Assembly (NCBI RefSeq): GCF_009914755.1
Contig: NC_060935.1
DNA: 64,000 nt
Origin: the human T2T-CHM13v2.0 reference genome, Homo sapiens
Strand: one strand, 5' to 3'
Shown here: in pieces, positions 1-17,764 of the stretch
How positions within the stretch are numbered: position 1 is the stretch's first letter
How the letters are laid out: each line of letters begins with the position of its first letter
The notes under the pieces: model-generated
Databases searched by the model: none
The model's input: the letters and a program-made list of their open reading frames with translations, nothing else
What the model was told of the DNA's origin: nothing
Program-made: the position numbers and the translations under genes

Positions 1-18
1 GTGATTTGTAAATGTAGT

Positions 19-116
19 CAGCTGGGTGTGGCAGCGGGTATAAAAGTATCAAAAGCAGGGCAGCCGCTTCCAATTTCCTGAATTTTTCAGGGGTCATTAG
101 TTGGCAGCTGACGTCA
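19..116 (+). promoter_or_regulatory. OOSP3: Proximal promoter/5' UTR of OOSP3: E-box CAGCTG (19-24), TATA box TATAAAA (39-45), Inr-like CCAATTT (70-76), second E-box CAGCTG (105-110) overlapping CRE palindrome TGACGTCA (109-116)
   Basis: Motifs read directly from the sequence. TATA-to-Inr spacing is about 30 nt and the motifs lie immediately upstream of the ATG at 116. Function is inferred. Confidence 0.65.
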
Positions 117-188
117 TGAAAGATTTTGTGAGGTTACAGTCCTCTTTCCTTTTGTGCACGATTTTGACTCTTTCTGAGCAAGAGTCAG
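116..188 (+). CDS. OOSP3: OOSP3 coding exon 1 (signal peptide MKDFVRLQSSFLLCTILTLSEQES, phase-1 donor)
   Basis: ATG at 116, 24 codons plus 1 nt, then donor TCAG|gtacaa. Short hydrophobic core FLLCTILTL. Splices in frame to 1568. Confidence 0.85.
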
Positions 189-977
189 GTACAAGTGACC
201 TTTATATTTTGTTGTTTGAAGTCATAGTTTCTTAGCGGTTGTGGGCCTTTTACTGTTTGCTGTTTTGAGTGGAAGTGACTTTCCAGTATAGTTTTCTGAC
301 TTCTGTAGTGGTATTGCTTTCTCTTGTTTGCTCTCTACCACCCCGCAAAGCAAGTGATTTATCTAGTTTATCCTAATACTTGAGAAAGAGCTAGTTTTAT
401 TCTTCCTCTGGATTTAGGTGTTTTCTATTGTGTTTTGTCACCCTATTCACCCTACCTGTGGAAAAATATTTCTCTATTTAAGGTTTCAACTTGCTCTTCC
501 ACCTCCCACCCTGATCTCCCACTCATAATCCTGCCACCTGCCTCCTGTCCTGCCCTGTTGCCTCCTAAGTGGTCATGAGTTAGTGATCATAAATCAGGTT
601 GAGAAAATAAAGTTCTTCATTTTTTCTCCTTTCACTTCTTATTCTCCCTAAGTCATAAAGTTGTTATCATTAATATTAATAGTTTTATTTGCATTCCACT
701 TACTTTTTCCATATTTTACAGTAATCTTTTCTCATCTAAACTATATATTTTTATTTATGTACAAAGTTATTGGGTAGAAATAATACATATAAAATACATA
801 TAATTTTGTTATTTCTAGTTTTTTTTTTAAACCATGAAAATACAGTGATGAATTGCTTTATCTATAGGATATGTTTTTGTCTAAAAATGTTTTTTGGATA
901 TGCTTCTGGTAGTAGAATTAATAGACACAAAATGAAGAAATGCTGTTGTAACACCACAGCTGTGAATGTTTTGAGTT

Positions 978-1379
978 GACAGACTTACCACACAAGGTTT
1001 TAATCTGAGACTATCTTCCTTTTGCATCATAGAAGGATACAGGGTGGAGACAGAGCAGGTGCAGATCTTCATCTTATTGGCAGGTCTAGCAGATGCCCCA
1101 GGGTACAGTTTCCCTTGTCTCTTCACCCACACGGGATGTAGATGTCTGCCAGGGATGAGAGTCAGAGGCCATAGAAGCTGCAGCTTCAGTGCCCTATCAG
1201 TCATTTACACTGGCCTAATTATGTAAACTCAAGGCCAGCACACCAGCTTGAGGCTCCCCCAATCCATGGGCAGCCCCATACAGCAAAAGAAGCAGAGACA
1301 GCATCCCATATTTAGCTTAATGTTGAACTTTTAAGGAAACAGTACTCGCAGGGAAGGAGACAGAGGTTGTTTCCAGACA
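978..1379 (-). mobile_element. Possible ancient solo LTR in OOSP3 intron 1
   Basis: About 400 bp block, more GC-rich than its flanks, with TG...CA ends and a minus-strand ATTAAA near one end. Family not recognised. Confidence 0.3.
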
Positions 1380-1567
1380 GGCTTGAATGGGACTGATCCT
1401 TCATTTACAATTTTACCATTTCATCTGAGTGATCATATTGTATCTCTCAAGGCTGTTTTACAGTGGTGTATATACATATGTTTAAATATGCTATGTTCAG
1501 ACTTTCTCTGGGTGTCGTTTAGCATAAAATTGCTATCTAAATGTTTAAAAAAATTTTTTTTCAACAG

Positions 1568-1746
1568 TGTCAGTAGGATGTACTTCCTCTATGTTCTGGG
1601 TTGTGGCTGAACCAACTTTACTTGGTCAAGATCATATTTTGCATTCTGATGAAGCATCTCTGGGAACTGGCTGTCCTGTAACCAATGTAACTGCGAAGGG
1701 ATATGAGTTTAATTACCCTGCCACTCAGTGTGGGATTCAGAAAGAG
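1568..1746 (+). CDS. OOSP3: OOSP3 coding exon 2, N-terminal part of the ZP-N (PLAC1-homology) domain
   Basis: Acceptor tttttttcaacag|TG and donor GAG|gtaaga. Encodes VSVGCTSSMFWVV...DEASLGTGCPVT...YEFNYPATQCGIQKE, with the C...W, LG.GCP and YEF.Y...CGI motifs typical of PLAC1/OOSP proteins. Matches ORF 1567..1857. Confidence 0.93.
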
Positions 1747-2386
1747 GTAAGAGCTGCAAGCAGTTCAAATAATAAACTAACCCCTAGGTTGTACCTTGCA
1801 GTAGTACTGTGTGTACTGTCAGTGCGAGATTTTTTTATGGCTCTTGAATTACTTTAATTTGGTACTTTCAGGATAGGAAGACCAGTGGGTACCTTGACTT
1901 GGCCATAAAATATCATGGCACATAGCCCATTGTGGAGGAGAATACTTCAACATATATAGTAGTATAACTATCCAAGCACTCTTAAGTCTTTTTTAGTCCT
2001 TACATCCCCTAAAGTCTAGAAGCACTTAAAGCAGGCATTGTTCCTAGTTTTCATAGTAACTGAGGCTAAAATGAGTAACAATTTACCATAGATCATGCAT
2101 CTGTTCAACAGGTATGTAACTGAAACTTGCATGTTGGTAAATTGGGATTTACATTCTTCCTTTGAAGAAGCAGGCGATGAAAAAATGGATGATACCAGAG
2201 GTAGAATTCACTAGGGGAAGTCAGAGGAAAAAAACATCTGAGGAGGTTTGAGGTGGAGGTGGATTTGCTCGTATGTTGTTTCTAATTTTGACATCTATGT
2301 CCATGAATGAGATTGGTCTATAATTCATTCTTTCTCATATGCTCCTTGTCAAGTTTTGAGACAGTTTAGTTAAGATTGGAAGTTTT

Positions 2387-2711
<325 letters not shown>

Positions 2712-2938
2712 TCAATAGAAGTTAATGATAAAATCTCCTGTATCTTTTGTTTTTCTCTGGTTTTATCACTGGGATGAAGTTGAATCCAGGTGATTAAGGC
2801 AATAGAACTAGGGAGGAGGAGAGCGAGAGTTTTCTGACAGCAACATACAGACTATTCAACATTAACCTTTGGTGGAGGAAGAAAAGTGGACTCTGCATTC
2901 AGTTTGCAGTGGTTTTACAATATGACAAAAATAGTATA

Positions 2939-3344
<406 letters not shown>

Positions 3345-3964
3345 TTAATTTCTTTGGCCTTTGTGGTTTTTCCCATATTTCAAAGTATGACTTATTATGG
3401 ATATAGGGAAATCATTACAAAGGCCAAAGAATTAATAAGCCAACTTTTCAAAGTTTATACAATTAAATATGAGACACTAAGAGAGGCAGAGACATCAGCC
3501 ACAATGTTATTACAGGAGGCACAAACTATGACGTAGAATAACCAATCAGAGCTGTAGGTTTCTTTTGAAGATTTTTTTTTTTCCCCCCTGTGGCATGAAA
3601 ACCATTTCTAAAGTTTTCAGGGTCTTATAAGACCCCTTCGAAATTACCTTTCAAGGACAGATTGTATATGGAACAATTTGGTTAATGTTTAAAATGTTTT
3701 CAAATTTCCATAGTATACAAAAGCAATGTTAATATTCACATATTCACATGAGTATTTTGATTTAATACCTTATCAAATCAGATTCTTTGAGTTTTATGAG
3801 TCAAAGAATCTCTACCTTGGTGGCTTCATTTCTTTCTTAGGTTTATAATTTATTATAAAGATTTTCCATTTAAAGGGCAGGATCTAGAATTTCAACAGTA
3901 TTAAAAACAAAATGAAGGACTGTAGCAATCAGTTTAAGTAGCAGACATGGATTAGGAAAGAATA

Positions 3965-4430
3965 ATTAAACATTTAAGTGTACAATACAGTGGTTTTTAG
4001 TACATTGACAAAGTTGTACAACTATCACTGCTCTCTAATTCCAGGATATTTTAATCACTTCTCAAAAATGCACCCATACCTATCAGCGGTCACTTCACTG
4101 CCTCTTCTCCCCTAGTTATAGGCAACCACAAGTCTAATTTCTCTTTCTATAGATTTGCATACTCTGGATATGTCATATAAATTCAATCATACAATATGTG
4201 GCCTTTTGTGACTTTTGCTTGCATGTTTTCAAAGTTTATCTATATCATAGCATGTCTCAATACTGCATTCTTTTTTATGGCTGAATAATTGTTTTCATTT
4301 TTTGTTACTGCTGTACCTTTGTGTACATGTTTATGTGTAAACATTTGTTTTCAATTGTGTTGGGTAAATACCTAGGACTGAAATTTCTAGCTCAAATGGT
4401 AACTCTATATTTAATTTTTTGGAGTTGCAT
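3965..4430 (-). mobile_element. Old L1M (L1MB-like) 3' end fragment
   Basis: Typical antisense L1M 3' UTR text (ttaagtgtacaat...ggcaaccac...ctctatagatttgc...tacctagga...aatggtaactctat). Confidence 0.75.
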
Positions 4431-5049
4431 AGTCTTTTATTTTTCTAAAGATGGTGAGTCTTTGGCTGAATGTCTTCAATGAAAGGTCTAGCAATCAAAG
4501 TTAATAATTTATTTGTCCCAACTTCAATTCTTTCCTGGGAACAACTCTTTATTCTATTGTTTGGTTTCTTTCTTTACCACTCACCTAAAATACTAGTTTT
4601 AAAACTCACAGGATCAAAACAAAACACTGAAACGCCAGAGTTGTTTAAAATGATTAGATTTTATTAAACAGCCCATTTGGACACCTGTTCATTGGAACTG
4701 ATTTTTGCTTCAGCCCTAGTTCTTTGAGAAATGCAGGAATTCTTTTCACCACAATATCAGCTTGATCCAAGAATGTTGAAAAGTTAGCTGCCTTAGCGAT
4801 ATTGCCACCTCCAACCTCCAAAGAAATCTAAAAACCTTAGAAGATTACATGTAGTAAAATGTGAACAGGCACCATAATGTACAAGTCATTTGAGAACTAT
4901 AATTGTGTAGAATTTACTCACTTTTCAAATTATTTTTCTGAATGAATAACAAATTTGTGAAACAAAATATATGGTGCTTAGAAGAGTGGTTAAATGATGG
5001 GTTAGCTTCAATGCGAAACTTTTTCTGTCTTAAGAAAGACAGGGGACTG

Positions 5050-5160
5050 CACAATAATCCTGTGAGGTAGGTCCTCCTATTATCCCCATTGTACAGAAGA
5101 GGATAATGAAGTTCAAAAAGATTAAGTAACCTACAAAAGGTCATACAGCCATGACTGTCA
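5050..5160 (-). mobile_element. MIR fragment
   Basis: Reverse complement of the MIR core (cctgtgaggtagg...attatccccatt.tacaga.gagg...aaggtcatacagc). Confidence 0.7.
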
Positions 5161-5748
5161 GTCTCTTGCTGGACACTGCAAACTTAGCTACTTTTAAAGG
5201 AAGATAATTTTAAATTGAGTACTAATTGTTATGCACTAAATGAAAACATTAATGTGATTAATGACAAAATATTTCACAGATAATGGGTTTTCTAGAAAGG
5301 TTAGGAAAACCAAGGTTAAGGATTCTGGATTCATATACAGGTCTTTTTCAAATATAAAACATTTCTAATATTCCTGGTTTACTATTGGGAAGAAGGGAAG
5401 AATCTTGCCGTGGCTTAAATAACAGACAGCAATTTAATTCCTGGTTATATGTGCAAAAGAATTAATAACAGTTATTTAAACAAATATATGTGCACACATG
5501 TTCCGGAAGTGAAAAGGAGGTGGCAAAGAGAGACACAGAAGAGAACTGCTGCAGCTGCTGCCAGGATCCAACTGAACTTCAAACTGTTTTATTAATTTTA
5601 TTTCCAAATTGTTCATTGCTAGTGTACAGAAATAGAACTGATTTCTGTCGATTGATCTTGTCTCCTACAACATTAGTGAGCATGCTTATTAGTTGTAATA
5701 GTTTTTTTTTTTGGGTGGATCTCTTATGATTTTCTATATACAAGATCA

Positions 5749-5752
<4 letters not shown>

Positions 5753-5823
<71 letters not shown>

Positions 5824-6104
5824 GCAGTCTTAATCTGTTGCCCAGGCTGGAGTGCAGTGGCATGAACTCAGCTCACTGCAACCTCCACCTCCCAGGTTCA
5901 AGCAATTCTGCTGCCTCAAGGCTCCCAAGTAGCTGGGACTACAGGTGTGTGCCACCGTGTCCAGCTATTTATTTTTTTATTTTTAGTAGATACCAGATTT
6001 CATCATGTTGGGCAGGCTGGTCTCGAACTCCTGACCTCAAGTGATCTGCCCACCTTGGCCTCCTGAAGTGATGGGGTTACAGGCGTGAGCCACTGTGCCA
6101 GGCC
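5753..6104 (-). mobile_element. Alu (AluS-like) whose tail has become a (TCTG)n(TC)n microsatellite
   Basis: Antisense Alu body 5829-6104, compound microsatellite at about 5751-5820, short TSD TCATGTC. Confidence 0.92.
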
Positions 6105-6580
6105 TCATGTCATCTTTAAATAGAGATAGTTTTAATTTTCCTTTCCAATCTGGATAATTTTTGTTTTATCTTCTTGCCTAATTTTCCTAGCTAGAACCTC
6201 CAGTACAATATTGGATACAAGTTGTGAGAGTGAACATCTTTGTATTATTTCTGATTATAAGGGAAAAGCTTTCAGTCTTTCATTGTTAAATATGATGTTG
6301 GCTGTGGGATTTTCACAGGTGCTCTTAATCAGGTTGAGGACGTGCCCTTTTATCTTTGGTTGTGGAGAGTTTTTATCATAAATGGTATTTAATTTTATAG
6401 TTTTTTCCCCTGAAACTATTGAGATGATCATATGGGTTTTGCCCTTTCTTCTATTAATATGGTGTATTACATTGATTTTTGTATGTGGAGCCAACATATC
6501 CTTTTCCTGGGATAAATCCCATTTAGTCATACTGCTTAGTCCTTTTTAGATGTTGCTGGATATGGTATGCTGAAGTTTTT

Positions 6581-7039
6581 ATTTTTTGTTGGGGGGGCGC
6601 GTGGTTAGACAATGATTTCTTCTCTTTTTTCTTCAACTTTAATTTTAAGTTCAGTGGTACATGTGCAGGATGTGCAGGTTTGTTACATAGGTAAACATGT
6701 GCCATGGTGGTTTGCTACACAGATCATCCCATCACCTAGGTATGAAGCCCAGCATGCATTAGCTATTCTCCCTCCCCATCCCCCTGACAGTCCCCAGTGT
6801 GTGTTGTTGTCCCCCATGTGTCCATGTGTTCTCATCATTCAGCTCCCACTTATAAGTGAAAACATGCAGTATTTGATTTTCTGTTCCTGCAGTAGTTTGT
6901 GGAGGATAATGGCTTCCAACTCCATCCATGTCCCAGCAGAGTACATGATCTTCTTCCTTTTTATGGCTGCATACTATTCCATGGTGCATATGTACCACAT
7001 CTTCTTTATCCAATCTATCATTGATGGGCATTTGGGTTG
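6581..7039 (-). mobile_element. 5'-truncated L1PA 3' end (about 410 bp) plus a short extra tail segment
   Basis: L1PA 3' UTR text (gtacatgtgcagg...gtttgttacataggtaaac...ggcatttgggttg). Candidate TSD GAAGTTTTT at 6572-6580 and 7040-7048. Confidence 0.88.
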
Positions 7040-7161
7040 GAAGTTTTTTTACGTACATTCATAAGGTACATTGATCTATAGTTTCTTTTTGTGATGTCTT
7101 TGGTTTTAATATCAGGGCAATACATCATAGAATGAGTTGAATAATGTGCCATCTTCTATTT

Positions 7162-13791
<6,630 letters not shown>

Positions 13792-13964
13792 CTTCTATTT
13801 GTTGGGAGATTTTGTGAAGCACTGGTTCTAATTCTTTTTTTACATGTTTGATAGAATTGAGTAGTGGAGCCTGGTGATGCCTGGACTTTCTTTGTGGGTA
13901 GTTTTTGGCTACTAATCCAATCTCTTTACTTATTATATATAGGTCTATTCCTCTTGAGCACATT

Positions 13965-14340
13965 CAGAGTCAAGTCAAATAACCAGCATTTCAGGAAAAG
14001 TAAAAAAAAAAAATGACAATTCTCTGAAGATGGGGCTTTTGAGGAGCTCCAAACCATCTATTTCCTCTGGATCCTGCTAGGCTGTTGACTTTCATAGATA
14101 CTGTGTACTGGGAAGAGGGAACTTGAAATAGAACAAGTTAAAAATGCCAAAAAGCTATCATTCTTACTGAGATTCTATCATTTTTTTCTTGAATAAATGC
14201 TCCTTGAATTGTTGCAAGACTGAGGATAATATTCAGAGTCTTAAAAAAGTTGAATTTGATAATTTCTGCCATTTTCTTATTGTTTTATGAAGAAGTGGAT
14301 TTTTTGGTGGTCTTTAGTTTGCATACTAGAAATCACTATT
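13965..14340 (-). mobile_element. Probable ancient L1M 5'-region fragment
   Basis: Resembles L1M 5'-end text (ttcttgaataaatgctcc...aaaaaagttgaatttgataattt...). Confidence 0.45.
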
Positions 14341-14660
14341 GAATACATAATTACCAAGAGAAGTAAGGAGCATATAATATCTATTTTCCACACTTTACAT
14401 ACAATTTATATACTCAACTAAAATAACCTTCAATAGCAACGCAATGGGAAAATAATCGTGTTATTGAATTCTATATTTCTATTCTTTTTGGAAACATTTT
14501 ATTTCTATGAGAATATTTGTTGCATTATTTAACAGGTTGAAAAATAGTAATTCAATAAGACATTTTTGTAAAAATTATCAATAGAAAAACATACCTAAAT
14601 GTAATTACAGAAATTATTCCTGTATTAAGATTATAAATCTTTGACCATAACTGTAGTGGC

Positions 14661-14957
14661 TTTTTTTTCTTTTTTGACAGAGTCTTGTTCTGTCATCAAG
14701 GCTGGAGTGCAGTGGCATGATTACAGCATGATCACAGCTCACTGCAACCTCCACCTCCTGGACTCAAGTAATCCTCCCATCTCAGCCTCCTGAGTGGCTT
14801 GGAACCACTCAACCCGGTTGATTGTTTTTTGATTTTTAGTAGAGATGAGATCTTGCTATATTGCCCAGGCTGGTCTCCTGAGCTCAAGCGATCCTCCTGC
14901 TTCTGCCTCACCTTCCCAAAGTGGTGGGATTAGAGGTGTGAGCCACCATGCTGGACC
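14661..14957 (-). mobile_element. AluJ-like element
   Basis: Antisense Alu with J-type diagnostics (atcacagctcactgca, gctcaagcgatcctcc). Confidence 0.9.
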
Positions 14958-15379
14958 AACATAGTGTTTTTGACATCTCCACAATGAGCATGTGTTCAGA
15001 AAAGGCAAATCTCCAATTGGTTCAATATTTTCAGACATCTGGGATACAGCACTGTGATAATGTTTAAGAGCTAAATATGAGAAAAAAAAACTTGTTAAGT
15101 AGAAGCTGTAGCCCTTGTTCCTAGTCTGGCAATTCAAGATTACAATCTTGTTATTTTATTTCCACACATATTAACTGATTGCACTGATGATCAAAAGCCT
15201 TGGATGGTGTTTTTTTAAAATTTTTCTGGTGAATCAGTTTTCTTTTTCCAGCTCTCTGCAGAGAGACCTTGGTGCAGTATAAAGAGCTTACATCTTATCT
15301 TGATCTGTTCACTGTTCAAATGTCTTTAAAACTCCTGTGTGACATGACATCAACTTATAAAGTCTTTTTGTCCCATTAG

Positions 15380-15477
15380 GTTTTCTCATATGTAACAGTT
15401 TTTTATTCAGCACTCCACTGTAATATAATGCACAAAGGAGTCACTGGCAAAATTCCTTTGATGTGTATTGTATATGG
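15380..15477 (+). CDS. OOSP3: OOSP3 coding exon 3, C-terminal part of the ZP-N domain
   Basis: Acceptor ctttttgtcccattag|GTT and donor GG|gtgagt. Phase 0 in, phase 2 out. Encodes VFSYVTVFYSALHCNIMHKGVTGKIPLMCIVY, supplying the fourth ZP-N cysteine (IPLMC). Confidence 0.88.
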
Positions 15478-15619
15478 GTGAGTATAATGAACCAGATGGT
15501 TCACAGTTTACCCTCTAAGAACTAATGAAAAGGAAAACATTTGGAATATGAAGCTTTACATCATTAGAACCCTAGAGCGAGGTTGGTTTGCATAGTTTCT
15601 CTGTGCAATGATGAGGTAT

Positions 15620-16035
15620 TTATCAATGCCATTTGGCCATTACAGATGCTCTGCCCAAATGCCCTGGGACCCCCCCTTAATATTTCTGTTTGCCCCTCTC
15701 CCTGCTTCTGTGTGATCTGGCTTTCAGTGATACCAACTGGGCTTGGAAATTTAACAAATACTTCCCACTCTCATGATTCAGTGATTTGGGGGCATGAAAA
15801 GCCAGCTCTGTTTCTTGAGTCAGGGATAAACTTGGAGGCAGGATTTGACTTTGGAGCTCACTTGAGGGTCCTACTGAGGCTAGGACTCTGCCTTAAATAG
15901 CATTCCTGCTTGTTGTTGTCTTTACCTTCTATGTCCTGCTTTTCTCCCATTCCCTTATTGGGAACACTTCTATAATAAATCACCTGCACATAAATATCCT
16001 TGCCAAGTCCTGCTTTTGGGAAATCCAAGTAAGAT
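15620..16035 (+). mobile_element. ERVL-class solo LTR (LTR33/LTR16-like) in OOSP3 intron 3
   Basis: 3' end aataaatcacctgcacataaat...tgcttttgggaaatccaagtaaga resembles LTR33/16 termini. The 5' boundary is approximate. Confidence 0.55.
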
Positions 16036-16802
16036 GGTAAAATGAGTTAAACAGAGCTCAGAGGTGATTGTCCCCATGATCATGTAGCTAGGGAATGGCA
16101 AGTCAGGACTTGAACACACCTTCTCACCTAACTGCCACCCCGCAGATCAGGGAATGCTTGCAGAAACAGGAATAGTAGCCAAATTACTCAGTTTTCAACT
16201 CTTTAAGATCAAATTAAAAAACTCTTAGCCTAAGTTGTTCTCTATTCTACATAATACCTAACTTCCCCCACCCCCAATTTTGATAGCTTATATAAATCAA
16301 AGGGCTTGAATGGGCATAATTGTATTAAAATATTTTTTAAAAAGCAATAATTTAGATGTTTTCTTAATATACTATGGCCCTATGACTTTTGGGGAAATCC
16401 CTGAAACTTTGCTATATCTTCAGGATCAATGGATGAATGCTGTTAACCTTTTAGTAGTTTATGAATGACAACTTTTAAAACAGCCAGGATTCTCAGTTTA
16501 TACTTGTAAGAGATTGTCTCGGGAATTTTATTTAGCTTATCAGAGCTGACGTTTTCTGTTTAGAATACATTTTCCTATGGTAGGACTTTTTTTTTTTTTT
16601 TTGGACTAACGCCCCTAAATGGAGGTTTGTTAATCCTTAAAAAAAAAAGGCAAGTAGAAGGCAGAGAGGTAGCAGTGTTAGTAAGTCTACTACTGCTAAA
16701 GTAGAAGGAAAAAAAATGAATTCAGACAAAAAGAGACTTACTGGTTTGTTTATTTTTAAATGTAATCTGATGTGCAAATTGTGTCTTCTTTAAAACTTTC
16801 AG

Positions 16803-16953
16803 CTCATCTTTGGATACCACTTCAAGCACTATCCATAACAATCTTACAGAATTCCAAAATGACCCTCCCGCTACCAATTCTTATTCTCCCTGGAACTTAA
16901 CCAACGCTAGCTTATTTGGATTGACTCGGATTCCATATTTTCAAAACTCCTCG
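16803..16953 (+). CDS. OOSP3: OOSP3 coding exon 4, Ser/Thr/Asn-rich tail
   Basis: Acceptor cttctttaaaactttcag|C is phase-compatible with exon 3; donor TCG|gtgagg. Frame equals ORF 16810..17025 (SSLDTTSSTIHNNLTE...YFQNSS). Confidence 0.78.
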
Positions 16954-17433
16954 GTGAGGATCCTTAGAAGAGACAAAACATGGCAGTGTCCATGTAGAAA
17001 TGATCGTATTGACATAAGGAAGTAAAAGCTCAAATCTCTACTAAGGAGGGTATTTGTTGTTTAAATAGTGTTTAACTACATGATGGGTCTCACATTACAT
17101 TTCAATCCTGTTTAGAAAAAATGCTACTTCCATGTGTCTACATATATCCTGGTCTTGTCAATAAGTCTCCCTTTACCCTAGTTATGACAAATAAAAGAAA
17201 ATCTCTAGTATAGTTTAAACATAATCTGAGTTGATAAACCACTTACTTTAAATAGTGCTCAGACACTTGAATAAAAATTTTCAACTCTTTCAACCCTTCC
17301 CTCTAATCCCTGGCACATAGTAGGTTCTCCGTGTTCACTAGTCAATATATTAGTCAATGTGTTTACTGTGCCAAGTTTATCAAGGGGTTACATTGGAAAC
17401 TTTTTATTAACTACCTTTCTTTTTTCTCTGTAG

Positions 17434-17514
17434 GTAGAGGCATCTCATCAGTCACTTCTACTTAATATGTCTCATCCATTAGTCCATGAGAGTGCAAATG
17501 TAGCTATATTCTAG
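17434..17514 (+). CDS. OOSP3: OOSP3 terminal coding exon 5 (VEASHQSLLLNMSHPLVHESANVAIF*)
   Basis: Strong acceptor ctaccttt...ttctctgtag|GTA, phase 0, stop TAG at 17512-17514. Total spliced ORF is 193 aa. Confidence 0.75.
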   Translation, partial: VEASHQSLLLNMSHPLVHESANVAIF

Positions 17515-17758
17515 GTTCTTCCATGGCAATCCTGAAAACTCTGTTGCTACAGCTTACTTAAAATTTAATTTTTGAACCACTCACTACAGATTTATCACTT
17601 TTTGGTGCCACTTCCTGAGAGGACATTGGGTTGGGATAGAGCCCAGTGCTTCATATGTTTTTAAAAAGTGCTCCTTTTAAACATAGGCCATTATACCCTT
17701 GCATAGTCTCTTATAATACAATGTCTATGTATAATTTGTATGTGGAGTTGATCTTACA

Positions 17759-17764
17759 AATAAA
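17759..17764 (+). terminator. OOSP3: Candidate polyadenylation signal AATAAA of OOSP3
   Basis: First AATAAA after the stop codon (about 245 nt of 3' UTR), followed by GT/T-rich sequence. Confidence 0.6.

Larger units (their letters stand above)
5588..7152 (-). mobile_element. Old L1M ORF2 fragment, interrupted by an Alu and a short L1PA; resumes at about 13800-13960 after the nested full-length L1
   Basis: Minus-strand ORFs 5579..5863 and 6255..6530 carry L1 ORF2 peptides ([34 protein letters not shown]). Confidence 0.85.

Noticed and set aside
4672-4765. Possible relic OOSP exon 3 copy (PFGHLFIGTDFCFSPSS...) after an AG
   Set aside because: Only faint resemblance, wrong phase, poor pyrimidine tract, no terminal Cys and no donor site.
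5500-5580. ETS-type motif CCGGAAGTG in a short GC-richer patch of intron 2
   Set aside because: A single motif with no supporting CpG island, exon or other structure.
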